A program made the translations under genes and the position numbers. A stretch of 64,000 bases of DNA, taken from positions 135,718,001-135,782,000 of the forward strand of contig NC_043000.1 in assembly GCF_006345805.1 (NCBI RefSeq), given 5' to 3'. Position 1 is the first letter of the stretch, and every line of letters begins with the position of its first letter. This stretch comes from Octopus sinensis. Its lineage: Eukaryota. Below, piece by piece: positions 38,163-52,860 of this stretch. Under the pieces are notes generated by a model. The model did no database searches. It saw only the letters and a program-made list of their open reading frames with translations, and was not told the origin of the DNA.

Positions 38163-38949
38163 ATATATATATATATATATATATAAATATATACATACAC
38201 ATAATATGCATATATATATAGATACACATACATATACATAAATATTACACTCACAGATTCACACACGGACACGCACGCACACACACATGCTCAGACACGT
38301 GGTGCTATTAAGCTACACTTGGCCTGGACCAATCTTTGGTCGAAACATATCAAAGTTATTTAAGTTATCTAAGTTATATATGTAAATGTATTCTGTATAT
38401 CGTTTTAAATCAACTTGCTATCAGTTCGAGTTAATCTAGTAAAGAGAAATGCTCCGTAAAATTAGATCTAATTAGCAATTACATAGAATAAACACTGATA
38501 AAGAGCGACTTAAAGACTTTAAAGAAACCTCGTTGCATAAAAGTCTGAGATATTCATTGTATTGGTGCCGTAGCTACCACCACTGACAGGACGTATCTGA
38601 GTACTATAAAGATAGGGCAATCTGTTGGTGTTCTTTGTGTCTCTCTGCTATTCATTACATTTCATGTTAATTTCTAGTTATTTGATCAATGACGCGGAGC
38701 AAAGACACGGAGTCTCGGTTCATAAATCATGATATGAACTACGCAATTTACGGGCCAAACTTTATTACATATACACAACGTCGTGTGCTTGTGGGAGAGA
38801 CATTAAAATGTACGATGCTCATGACGTTTACGTGATTTTGAATGAATTAAGACCGCTGAATAGACCAATATCTGACTGCAAGACATTAGAGTTATCTTGT
38901 TATAGTTGGGAAAAGTCATTTTTGAAAACAACTATAAATCAATCTCACC

Positions 38950-39182
38950 TATTTCTTTACTACCCACAAGGGGCTAAACACAGATGGGACAAACAAGGAC
39001 AGACAAACGGATTAAGACGATTATATCGACCCCAGTGTGTAACTGGTACTTATTTAATCGACCCCGAAAGGATGAAAGGCAAAGTCGACCTCGGCGGAAT
39101 TTGAACTCAGAACGTAACGGCAGACGAAATACGGCTACGCATTTCGCCCGGCGTGCTAACATTTCTGCCAGCCCGCCGCCTA
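38950..39182 (-). mobile_element. SINE family B with 16-bp TSD
   Basis: ATAAATCAATCTCACC on both sides. Confidence 0.85.
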
Positions 39183-40040
39183 ATAAATCAATCTCACCGG
39201 TTATTGTTTGTCTATATTTCACTTTTTCTTTCTCTGTACCGGTTGATGTTTGTTTATACCCTAAAATAATAAGCAAAAAAACTACTGATTAATAGAGTGA
39301 AAATATTTTTTGTAACATAAAAAAGCTGCAGTTGTTTTGAGAAAATGAAGAGAATAGAAAAACAGACAAATAACAAGTTTATAGGTTTTAGAAATTATAA
39401 CTCTTCCTAAATATAACAGTATTGGTTTCAACACACGTTTCGAGATCCAAACTTTTGCAAAACAAATTTTTTAAAAAATACAATTATCATTTTCCTTCGT
39501 TACTGTGTGACGTCAATATATGTGAAATAGAAGGTTTAGTTAACAAAACTTTACTACCACGCATACATATCTACACCAGGTATTACACAGAAGTCGCTTG
39601 ATGAAGACCGACGCATTATATGCATATATGTACATGAAATATCTACTCACATATATCCACACACATGTATAAATACGTGTATATATATATATATAATATT
39701 ATATATAGGATATATATATATATATATATATATAGATATATATATATATATATATATAGAATATATATATATATCGAATATATATGGGATATATTGTATA
39801 TATATGTTATATATATATATTATATATATATATATATTATAATATATATATTATATACACACGCATACATACATACATACATACATACATACATACATAC
39901 ACATACTAGTATCACTTAAGTGGATACTCTAACAACGATTTGTGAGCAGGTATATATAAAGCATATATTTATATATGTATATATATATACAGACGCGCAC
40001 ATATATATATGTAGATATATATATATATGTATGTATTATA

Positions 40041-40121
<81 letters not shown>

Positions 40122-40129
40122 CATACATT

Positions 40130-40384
40130 ATACATTTGACTCAACTCGAAAATTCGGGTACCATGCATCACTTCTTAGCGTAACATGAAATATATGAAAT
40201 AGACTCACACACACATATATATATATACAAACACACACGTATATATGTGTGATTGTGTGTGTGTGTGTATGTGTGCGTGTATATGATTCTCTGTGTGTGT
40301 GTGTGTGTGTGTATTTCATATATTTCGTGTTACGCTAAGAAGTGATGCATGGTACCAGAATTTTCGAGTTGAGTCAAATGTATA
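40130..40384. repeat. Inverted duplication, ~70-bp unique arms within mirrored microsatellites
   Basis: TACATTTGACTCAACTCGAAAATTC...ATATATGAAATA mirrored at 40312-40384. Confidence 0.8.
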
Positions 40385-40386
40385 TG

Positions 40387-40422
<36 letters not shown>

Positions 40423-40696
40423 CATATATATATATATCTACATATATATATGTGTGTGCATATATATATATATATATGTGTGTATATATATATATACATA
40501 TATAAATATATGCATTATATATATATATATATTTTATATGCATACATGCATATATAGATATAGATATATATATACATACTTACATACATATATCAGTTTC
40601 TGCTACTCTCTTCCACTTTATCTCTATACCTCCTGTCTCTGTCACGTAAGAACACGTATAGGCACATATATTTCATAATTTACAGAGGTATGTACA

Positions 40697-40742
<46 letters not shown>

Positions 40743-41768
40743 CATACATACATGTATATATTAGATATGTGTGTGTGTGCGGATGTGTGAACTTATAATG
40801 CGATATTAAGGAGGTTAAGAAAATGAGCAATATTCGTTGAATAAACGTTAACTGGGCGGAGTAGTATAATATAAGCAATTTGAACGTCGTTAGTATTTGG
40901 TTAGAGTTTACTATGTTATCATTCATCTCCCTCGTGTAAAACCTTACACCCATCTACGGCTCTTCAGCTGTTTTGCTAACCCCCATCGATTGATTGTTGC
41001 GTATACACAAAGCTCCAATTTCATTTATGATTAGTTAGATTCAACACCGCATGAAGCTCAGAGTTCGTTTTCTCAAACAATTTAACCAAAATAAATATTT
41101 CCAGTAGATTGGTCTCAGTCCGATCCATATTAGATCGGATCGGATCAGTGCTGGACAATGGGAGGTCAATATTATAAGTCCTCTTTAGAATATGAATAAA
41201 TACTGAGGTTTAAGGTTTGTGGTCTGTGACGACTACTAGTCTAAAAACAACCAGGAATATGGATATAATTATTATAAGCTATCCTTATCACTGATTTCCT
41301 TGGCAAGTGTTCGCACAAACACTCATATATATTATATACACACACACAAGCACATACATAAACAAAGGTATACATATACGCATAAATACATACATACAGA
41401 CAGACATACATATATGTGTTGTGTGTGTGTAAATACACAAAGAGAGAGAGAGAGAATTCTCAGTTTCAGTTCAAATTCATTTGAGTACTACAACGTGTTT
41501 TCTATACTGAGCAAATCTAGCTCTCACCTATTGTGTGTGTGTTTCTGTGTCTGTGTCTATCTATCTGTGTGTCTGTATAAATTGATGGAATAAGATACAC
41601 ATTCAAAGAATCGTGTGGCTATCACAGAATACTCCTCTTATTTCTTCCACAGTGAAATAATTATAAATACAAGAACAAAGCAATGAAACAGGTGTAATCC
41701 TAAGGATGTTAAGTGGTTAAATAAATATATTCACCTCTCATTCCTCCTGACTCTTTATGGTATATATA

Positions 41769-41846
<78 letters not shown>

Positions 41847-42681
41847 TATACACATATATATATATATATATATACATACACACACATACACAACACACAT
41901 TCACACACACACATATATATGCGTATGTTGGTTTATGTCGAACGAACGAGAGGAATACTCAATATAGGTTGTAGGGGATATGGTGTTTTTTTTATTAAAA
42001 ATGAAACTGAGTTTGCGTCATGATTTGAGTTTCAGTTTCAGTAAAAACTCTGTGTGTGCGCAGTGTGTGTGTGGTGTGTGTGTGTGTGTGTGTGTTACAG
42101 GTTCTCAGCGAAAGAGAAAGTTAGTTCTAAATATATAGCGTAGAGTATATAACGGACCTAAAGTCGGGGAGTTCTGCTATTTTACAGCGTCGTGCATTAA
42201 GCCGTATAGAGATAAATATTTTGATCCCGTGATACTTTGTAACATTTGTTACAGAACACCATCTGCCAGCCCTGTAGTTTATCAATCACATTGATTACTG
42301 ACCCCTTTCGCTGTGAAGTTTGGCACTCACGTACCTAATAGCTTCGGGTACTCTGTTATATTTATTGAGATAAGAGACACTTGGGACAAAAACCGAACAA
42401 CGTTTACGTTGCTGTTAAGGTCTGATTTGAAGTGGCTCTTGAGTTAGACTATAGCATGGCGGCTGGTTTGCAGGCTGGTTGATAGCATGGGAACTGACTT
42501 GGTGGCACCAGAGCCTCAGTTGTGGAAGAGCCAAAGGACCTCGAAAGTTAAATACTGCAACCAATGAACCCTCAATCAAGTGAAGACCGCACTGATAAAT
42601 AAGTCATGCACGTGTTGCACGTGAATATTGTTACATGACGAGGACAGCGACATCAGTGATACTTTTGAGTGGTGGTGGTGG

Positions 42682-42781
42682 NNNNNNNNNNNNNNNNNNN
42701 NNNNNNNNNNNNNNNNNNNNNNNNNNNNNNNNNNNNNNNNNNNNNNNNNNNNNNNNNNNNNNNNNNNNNNNNNNNNNNNNN
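42682..42781. other. Assembly gap (100 N)
   Basis: Run of n. Confidence 0.99.
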
Positions 42782-43384
42782 AAAGAAGACAGCTAAAACT
42801 AAATTGATCTAAGTTCAATACAAACCAAATATTGATAAACAAAAGAAAGACAGAAGAGAATAAAGAACACAAAGAGAAGAACAAATGAATTAAAGAATGA
42901 AGGACAGAAAGAAAGCAAGAGCGAAAGAAAGACGAACAAATATAAAAGAATAAAAACAAAAATGCAAGGATAAAAAAATAATGAAAAGAAAAACTAAAGA
43001 AAGCAAAAGAATGTGATACCATATAATCTCACCGTTTTTAGATGCTAGCAGTATACTAAAGTTAATTCCTAAACCCAAATGCTACATAGAACATGACTCT
43101 GGGGCTGTAATGTATAGACAGAATAAAGCGGCATTCAGTATTCAACAAAGAAAACAGAAGGAAAAAAAAAATAGTTTATTTCTCAAGACGCAGGAGATTT
43201 AATATTGAGGCATTATTTACCGAAGTTAAATATTAGGTGGTCATCTAATAAGAATCCTAATGCTTTGAACAAACAATGATATTTCTAAGACACAGCCAGA
43301 CACAAGAGTGCAGGCGTCAGCAAATCATGCACATCCTGATTTGCCAATATGTTCGGAACAAGTTGACTAATGTTTTACTGAAAG

Positions 43385-43433
<49 letters not shown>

Positions 43434-43434
43434 T

Positions 43435-43555
<121 letters not shown>

Positions 43556-44752
43556 ATATATATATATATATGTATATACGCCATTTCATCGACAGATAAG
43601 AAAATGAGAGAATTTGAGAAGATAAATAATTAAAAATAAAGATATAAATATAATTTAGATAGCAATTTTATCAGCCGTTCATTCACTATATTAGAAGATT
43701 TCGTCTATTTATTCGCTTGTTCGATAACATAAGTACCAGCAACACTGTTGGGGGCGAAGTAATCGATAATATTGATTTATTTCTTTATGGTAAGCCATCG
43801 GTTGTCACGACAGCATCACTCCCAGTGTAGCACTGTTACTTATTCCATTGATTTTGAGCTTTAATAATAATAAAACTTACTCAAAAGTAAAAAAAAAAAC
43901 AACTTAAAATGTTTTATGCGGAAAAAGGTTTTTCCTCTCGAAAACTTCCAATACTTAAAACCAGATAAATCTTTTTGAATTTCCACCAAGGTTACTTAGT
44001 TAAATATCCAAGAACTAGTATTTGGGTCACGATTCAAACAACCAGTACCTACTCCTTGAGCTGGTTAGAGCTCAATCACTAAATCTTTCAGGGCTTGTGA
44101 TTAGTGATAATTTCTGTCTCTTGCTCACACGTGACTACAGGCCAGTTCTCTCGCTTCTTTCTTTTCTGGATGAGATGTCTATTTAGATGGACGTCATTTC
44201 TCTCGCCTCTCGAAGTTTTTCTCTTCTAATATTTTCTTCCCTTCTTTTTATTCTATATCCTTTCAAAATTTCTCCCAGGCGTTATCCATTACAATTCGTA
44301 TTGGCCTAACGGCCCTTAATGTTTCTTTTCATCGATTGTTTACTCAGTACGTCCACTCTGTTGTTGTTTGTTCATTCGAAGCCCTAACTCTCCACAAATT
44401 TTATATTTTAAAAATTTCTGGATGCTTCTGTCTTATGAAGTTTTTCTATCTTGTCGTTGAAAGCAGGAAATTGGGAGCAGTAAAACAATCGACAACTGAT
44501 GAGGAGTTATCTTCTTTCGGTATTTTGTCCTATAATTATCTCTCGTGTCTTATGTAATTTTCACTCGTTGGTGATGTCCTGTTCTTAATGTGTATATTTT
44601 AATTATTTATAATTGAGCGCCACGTAGCCTTGTCCACAGTAAGTTCTTACAGACACACACACAGACACATAGTCACAGACACAGACACAGACACATAGAC
44701 ACAGACACACACACACAAATATATATATATATATATATATATATCAGAAAAG

Positions 44753-45053
44753 CAGAGTCCTTGGTACTTTGAGTTTCCAGCACGTAGCTAGTCTTCGGCC
44801 TTTAGATTCTGAATAAGAGATTGATTGAAGAGAGTCAATGTTTATTACTGGAAGTCGAGAAAGGTCACGCCGCATTAATGTCGGTATTTTAGTTTTTTAG
44901 CGACTATCGACATTAATATCGCGTGACCTTTCTCGACCAATCGCAGGCTAACGTCCAGTAATAAACACTAACTCTCCTCAATCGATCATTAATTTAGACT
45001 CCAATGGCCGAAGACTATCTACGCACTTGAAATTCAGAGTACCTAGAATTCTG
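44753..45053. repeat. Degenerate ~300-bp fold-back
   Basis: GTCGAGAAAGGTCACGC / GCGTGACCTTTCTCGAC, TGTTTATTACTGGA / TCCAGTAATAAACA, GTCTTCGGCC / GGCCGAAGAC. Confidence 0.7.
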
Positions 45054-45234
45054 AATCAAACTGCCTTGACCTATACATGTGACACCCAATAGCGTAAGCT
45101 CGAAAATTAAAAGACTTTTACATTTTTCAGAGCGTCAAATTAATACACTTGCTTGTTGTTCATACACCTATCTTCGTCTTTTGATTTTCTGTAAATTTCA
45201 ACTATATATATATATAAATTGCTGAGATTGAGAA

Positions 45235-45815
45235 AGGTTGTTGTTGCCGTACACTCGCACATCAGTCTCAGACGAACAAAATTATAGTGAAAACATGAGA
45301 GGTTGGCGGAAGGAATAGGAAAGTTAGTTCCACGAAAGTTATCATCTTCAGACACAGTGTAAATTTTGACTTAGTTAAAAAGGGGTGATAGAAGAGGGGT
45401 TTTTTTTTTGCTACATATATACATATCGATACTTTATAATGATTATTATCAGATGTCCGCAAGTACAGTAAACAACTCCATGTTCTTAAAATTCGTCAAT
45501 AATATTCGAAAAAATTACAGAAATAAAGGGTGTTATTTTTCGAAGATAGGTTGTTGTTGCCGTACGTTCCCACATTAATTTTAGATGAAGAAAATTATAG
45601 CAAAAACATGACAGGGTGGCAGAAGAAACAGGAAAGTTTGTTCCACGAAAGTTATCACATTTGGACACAGTGTAAATTTTGACTTAGTTAAAAAAGGGTG
45701 ATAGAAAGGTTTTTTGTTTTAGCTACATGTCTGCAAATACAGTAGACAACTCTGTGTTCCTAAAATTCGTAAATAATATTTGAAAAAAATTACAGAAATA
45801 AAGGGCGCTATTTTT
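45235..45815. repeat. Diverged tandem duplication, period ~313 bp
   Basis: AGGTTGTTGTTGCCGTAC and GACACAGTGTAAATTTTGACTTAGTTAAAA each occur twice. Confidence 0.75.
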
Positions 45816-46203
45816 CTTTTACATCAACTTAAATTTTCTCGATTTTAAAATGTTTTCAACCTTATACAAGAACTGGAATACGAGATTGACGGTGACATAT
45901 TAGAATTTCCCTAAACAACAACACACGAAATAAAATACTGACAAGGGAAATCTTTTTAGATTTATTAGATATTTAGCATTTTCTTTTATTTTTTCCCCAG
46001 CTTATTTTTAATGGAATTTATATTTTTTGTGTATATAGCTTTAAGAATAATTATCGGCTTTTAAAAAGGTGTAGAAATGGAGGTTAAACAGCTGAAGGTA
46101 TCTGTTTGTAAGCGAGTGTATATTTTATTTTTATTGATGTTCAAAACGAAATAATAAAAGAGGAGATAAATTGATGCATACATATAACAATATGTACATG
46201 TTT

Positions 46204-46234
<31 letters not shown>

Positions 46235-47121
46235 ATGTATTATGGGTATGAATTATAGGTGTGTGCAGACAAACACATGTACGTATATGCATTCATATAC
46301 GTACATGTTAAGTAGAAGAGGAAAGGAAAAAGAGTTCTTGGTATATGTAACAGAGATTATTTATTACGATGAAGGTGATGACTCAGTCTGTGGCTGCCCT
46401 GAATTCATCTATATGAGCAGTTGGTCATGTCACGAAGGATTTAACTACTCAGGGTTTCGCCCGGGGTTTTGCTGTTCATGAACTTATCTATTTACTCTAC
46501 CGAACGTATTGAGTTTTATGTCAGATGAAAATTTGCACAATGTAAAATATGGTTGAATATACTTTAGAACACTTAGATCATATGCATGGATAGATACATG
46601 CGCACACATGCGCATACATACATACATACATACATACATACATACATACATACATACATACAGATACATACATACATACACACGCATACATACATACATA
46701 CATACATACATACATACATACATACATACATACACACACATACATACATACATAAATACACACACACACACACATACACACATACATGCATACATACATA
46801 CATACATACATACATACATACATACATACATACATACATACAAAAATACCCTATTGTTGATGTTGAAATTCCAATGAAGGAGTCTTCGATCTAGGTTAGG
46901 AACCGGTTCCTTCTCTATTGGCAAGAAATTTGGAAATAAAAACTGAATAATGGCACATACATATATACATACACACACACTTACATACATGCATACATGT
47001 ATACATACATCCACACACATACACACACGTGCACACACACACGCACACGTATATATGAAGGCGCGTAACTTTGTGGCTAAGGTAGTTTACTCACGATCGC
47101 GAGATCGTGTTTCGATTCCCA

Positions 47122-47173
<52 letters not shown>

Positions 47174-47174
47174 A

Positions 47175-47241
<67 letters not shown>

Positions 47242-47732
47242 ATATATATTTATATAATGTATATATATCTATGATCCGCTGACCCTCAGGCAGTTTCTGT
47301 GTATGACTCTGCACTCTGAAACCTTCTGCACAAGGTCAAGGTGGAGGTGGCATGAGACATGATGAATCTGCTGCGCTGTAGGATTGAACCCTCACATTAT
47401 GAATACACACCAAACTTCATAACAGTCGTAAACCATAAAAATATTGAAACCAGTTCAAACACTGCACTATACTTGTGGTTTTTCTATGCCAAAATATTCG
47501 GCCATTGCTATATCATCGCACTTATCTACAGTACGCTACACTAAACTGCACTCCAATTACGTTATGCATAAAAGAAAGAAAGCAAATGGCAAAAATCAAA
47601 AAACAAAAACACAAAAAGCAAAGAATGCGTAACACGACTCTAAAATATTTCAAAGCTGTCACAACTCATTATTTCATATATATCTTTTCCATAAAGCTGT
47701 TAACAACAGCTGCATAGCAATAGCACCAGAGA

Positions 47733-47748
47733 CAACAACAACAACAAC

Positions 47749-47783
<35 letters not shown>

Positions 47784-47858
47784 TAATAATAATAATGATG
47801 ATGATGATAATAATAATAATAATGATGATGATAATAATAATAATAATAATGATGATGG

Positions 47859-47890
<32 letters not shown>

Positions 47891-47929
47891 ATAATAATAA
47901 TAATAATGATAGTAATAATAATAATAATA

Positions 47930-47988
<59 letters not shown>

Positions 47989-48119
47989 GTAATAATAATA
48001 ATAATAATAATAATGATAGTAGTAATAATAATAATAATAATAGTAATAATAATAATAATAATAATAATAGTAATAATAATAATAATGATGGTAATAATAA
48101 TAATAACAACAACAACAAC

Positions 48120-48211
<92 letters not shown>

Positions 48212-48215
48212 TGAC
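47733..48215. repeat. Long (AAT)n-type microsatellite
   Basis: About 480 bp of TAA with TGA/TAG/CAA variants. Confidence 0.95.
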
Positions 48216-49225
48216 GATTAGTAGTAGTGGTGGTATAAAACAGCTACTATAACAATAACAAATTTGCCCTGTATTTTTTATCATTGCATCGTGACATAAA
48301 AAGATAGATAACACCAACTTCGTTTTGAATTATGCAGAGATTTATTAAAGATATTTGGATCAAACTAAGATCAAATGAAACAGAGGACGGAAGAATTATA
48401 TACTGTTTTGAATCGATTCTTAAACTATAAAATACTAAACTCACTAGTACATGTAGATAGGCAATATATTTTTATACAAATACTTACACACATGCAAAAA
48501 CTGAGGCACTGGTTTATTAAAAATAAGCATATGAATAAAGATAAGATATTCTTACGTCGCACGACGAGAAACCAACCGAACTAAATCGGCACTTTTGAAA
48601 GACCAGTGCCAAGCAATAACAAAATAAACACCAGAACTACACAAATTGACCTTCATGGGAACCCTGAAACCATGCACACTATATGTAGAGATGAACCTTA
48701 AAAATGAAACAACGTTTTGGATTACTAAAAAAGTTTCTTTTTAGCCACCCAAAACGTTGTTTCGACTCAAAGCAAGATGAAATGAATGAACATGATGTTG
48801 AAAGAACAGTACTTTTATTCGGGAATCAATATGAAGCAAGCAAAGGAATACACATACGCACATGCACTCTTTCACGCACGCATGCACACACGCATGCGCA
48901 CACACGCATGCGCACACACGCATGCGCACACACGCACACACACACACACACACACAACACACACACACACACATACACACACACACACACACACACATAC
49001 ATACACATTCACACAAAGTTGTATGTATACGTACACAAATGCAAATACATATTTGTGTATAGACATAAGTGCTGAAGCAAACACGCCGAAACAGACTAGT
49101 ACATTGATTCACTAATAATATTAGATTTGCATTAAGAAAAAAACAAAACAAACACAAAAAAGAAAAGGCAAATTTATTAAACAACATTGAGTCGCTTTGA
49201 CTTTTTGAGTGTAAGATCTCTCTAT

Positions 49226-49740
49226 CATCATCATCATTGTTCGACCGTGGTCGAGACAATGGAATTTACCATGCTACGCCAGACTTCACGGTCCATCATG
49301 GCATTACGGAGATCCTGTTGCTGGATGCCTGTATCCCTGGAGATTACATCAGGGTAGGAGATTGTGCGCCCTCTGGTATTGCGAGTAGATGGCTTCCAGA
49401 GGAGAAGAGTAGAAATTACCTCTTTTTCAGCTCTACAACAATGTCCAGCAAACTGGACTCTCCTACCTTTCACAAGAGATGACACAGGTGGTAGTTTCCC
49501 ATATATTTGCATTTTGGTTGGATGGCACTTCCACGAGAGATTTTGAGCTCTCATAAGGAGGCGAGTGTAGGTTCCATCCAACCGCCTCTCAAACTTCTTT
49601 GATAACGCCCAGGTTTCTGAGCCATATAGTAGAATTGGTTCGACTGTGGCTTTGAAGATTTCAAGTTTGAAGTCTCTACTTAGATTTGATGACCAGATCT
49701 TATGCATGTCATTACAGGCTGACCAGGCCATACCCTTTCT
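49226..49740 (-). mobile_element. Young 5'-truncated RTE-group LINE
   Basis: Open frame with LLYGSETW, RRVQFAGH and AMMDREVWR; (TGA)n tail at the stop codon; TSD AGATCTCTCTAT at 49214 and 49741. Confidence 0.85.
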
Positions 49741-50264
49741 AGATCTCTCTATAGAATATACACCCTCAAGTATACACACATATGCAGACTCGCACATAGG
49801 ATAAAATGCGTGCAGACAAACGGTTAGTTAAGCTATAAACCATGACTGTTATAATTCAAGTAACTTGTAGTTCTTCGGAATTGACGGTGATTTCGGACGA
49901 TTCCTGTTCCTATCAGCATATATGTATACAATTATGTGCTTTGAATACAGTATTAGAGCATTTCTGACAACGTTGATTTTTCTAACACCCAAGTCAGATT
50001 TAGTGTAGATGATAGTTTACTTGCTCGAAATACGGATTAGAAAAACAGCCGACAACTGATGAAGGATCGTTCTTTGTGTTGTTTGTCTTGTTTTCCATTT
50101 GTTTCTTTCGTTGTTCGCAAAAAGTCCATATTCCATGTCCTTGCACTTCGTAGTTTTCGTTGTTTATGTTTTGTGACGTCCTGTGCCCACATATGCAAAT
50201 GTATGTACGTAAATATCTAAGTATGTACATATACGTATGTATATATGCATATATATATATACAT

Positions 50265-50295
<31 letters not shown>

Positions 50296-50448
50296 GATAT
50301 ATTACTAAATACCATATATATATATAGATAGATATAGATATATTACTAAATACCAACAATATAGTTAATATCGTCCACGTGCACAACTTCACCTTTCGGT
50401 GTCTATTATGCACACACATACACACACACACACACATGCACACACACA

Positions 50449-50498
<50 letters not shown>

Positions 50499-51212
50499 GG
50501 CATACGCACAAATCGTTTCGTCTTACGTAGGCACCAACCCTCTAACATTAGCAAACTTTAAAAAAAACCTCAAAATTACGAATTCTATTTTTTTACTCAT
50601 GTATTACATGTTAAATCAAAACCTTCGCTCACTTTATTGTTGAGTAATGATCAAATCAATACTATAACACAATGCTTCTCATTACATAAAAATTAGTTAT
50701 CTTTCTGTCACCCTTTAGCATTATATAATATTTTAAAGATAAATATGAAAGTTTTGTTTGAAATTGCTTAGTGTTTTGTCATCATTCATTGTTTCTTATT
50801 TCTTTAAATATCAACATCAAAATATATAAATTTTAATATATTGAATTTCTGATATAAAATATTTCACCATATATTACACATTAACTGAAGAATTCTCCCT
50901 TCCATTCGTTTCTCATTCTTTATCATTAATAACAAATGTGTTTTTTTCATCATACTTTATCTCTTTAATATGAGAAGATATTTTTGGAAAAATTTTGAAT
51001 GCTGGTTACAATTATTTCCTCTTGAATTGCATGTCAACTTGAGACTTCTTCCTATCTAAATTGCCCAATAATTATCGACTTAAGCACATCGTTATGATGC
51101 TCAAAATGGGCTTTATCATAGACCATTCCTTTTAACATCAGACAATTCTTAAACAGTCGAAATTCTGCCCAAAAATTCTTCGTTAATTTAATAACCGTTA
51201 AATTCACATCTA

Positions 51213-51241
51213 TCATCTATCTATCTATCTATCTATCTATA

Positions 51242-51326
<85 letters not shown>

Positions 51327-51337
51327 GTCTATCTATC

Positions 51338-51427
<90 letters not shown>

Positions 51428-51446
51428 CATAAACACACGAATACGC

Positions 51447-51521
<75 letters not shown>
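51213..51521. repeat. (TATC)n and (TA)n microsatellites
   Basis: Direct reading. Confidence 0.95.
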
Positions 51522-51525
<4 letters not shown>

Positions 51526-52269
51526 TCCCGCCATGTTCAGCTATATATGTGGATATATGTAAATATATGTTATGTCATAGTTTGTGCCTGTGGGTATGCA
51601 CTGATAGTAGTAGCAGTGATACAAGCAATTGAGTTTGTTTTACTAGTAATAATGTCGATGGGGACAGTGCTTTGGTGATATTATTTAAATGGTGTTTCTG
51701 TTCAGTTATAGCTCTCGGATAAACGTCATAATGATAACCGTGGGTTATAAAATTGTCCCTGGGATATATGATGTTGCCAAGATAAGATTTACATCGTTTC
51801 AGTATTAAATTACACTAAAACTATATATGAAATTGTATTAAATATGAAAATATCTGCGTTCTTCTGTTCTTATTTTTCCCTTTTCTCCCTTTTCTTCCCC
51901 ATTTCGTTCGTTATTTCTTACTCGTAATTTTTTAAAATACGTTATTTCTTACGCGGTGTTTATTAAAATACACGAAGGAGGTGTTGCCTTCGTGTATTTT
52001 AATAAACTTCGCACATAAATTCTGGAGAAACAATCAAATTTTGTCTGAAACAGCAACAATATCTGATATAACAATAACTTCGAAAGTATTCCTGAAAAAA
52101 ACTAAAACTAAAAATTTGCAGCAATGATAAAAATTCAAACAATTTCTGTTTAAAGTAAGAAATATTGAAGGCGTTGATGACATCTCGAAAAATGTAAATT
52201 AAACCAGTAGAATAATTTGTTGCTTAGTTTCAGTGAAAGAAAGTTCAAGCAAACGTACAATAAAGAAAG

Positions 52270-52860
52270 CTTTACATATTTGTGTTTACTTTCTGGATCT
52301 GGAAGAAAGAGCAGTGTTCATGGCTTTCGCATGTACATCTCGAGAGGTGAGACTGATACCATTAATGCTCCTTTGTAAGCCAATACTCGCGGGAAAGACA
52401 TGAGCAGAGAAGAACATTCAGAGGACGACATCATGCAAGGAATGGATTAGCTGTCGTGATTAGTGCGGGGCCTGGAGTGCTGGCCACAAGGTTAATGAAA
52501 GGAGTGGAGACGAGTGGATCGAGAATGTCTGAATAGAGATAGCTTCAGACCAAACAGTAACGAAGATCAGTGTTCATTGTAGTTGTGAAATAAAAAGTAG
52601 AGAAAGAAGAGACAGCACACCAGTAGGATATGTCTGTGAATAAATTGCTGCCAAATTTGGGTGGTTCTGACCATTCTGAAATTTGGTGTACCTAGGACTA
52701 TATTATCCCACATGAATTCTTGTTTATGAAAGCAGAGTTTGGTTGCATGTAAATGTAGATGCCATTTTTTTTCAAGATGGACGAATACATTGAGGTTACC
52801 TTTTCGAATAGCGTAATTCTTTTTCTGGAAGCTATAAGTCAACAAGCACAGATTGAAAAT
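52270..52860 (-). pseudogene. Ancient LINE 3' remnant
   Basis: Patches such as CLFFLYF, RST and SAHVFPASIGLQ resemble L2/CR1-group C-termini. Confidence 0.4.
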
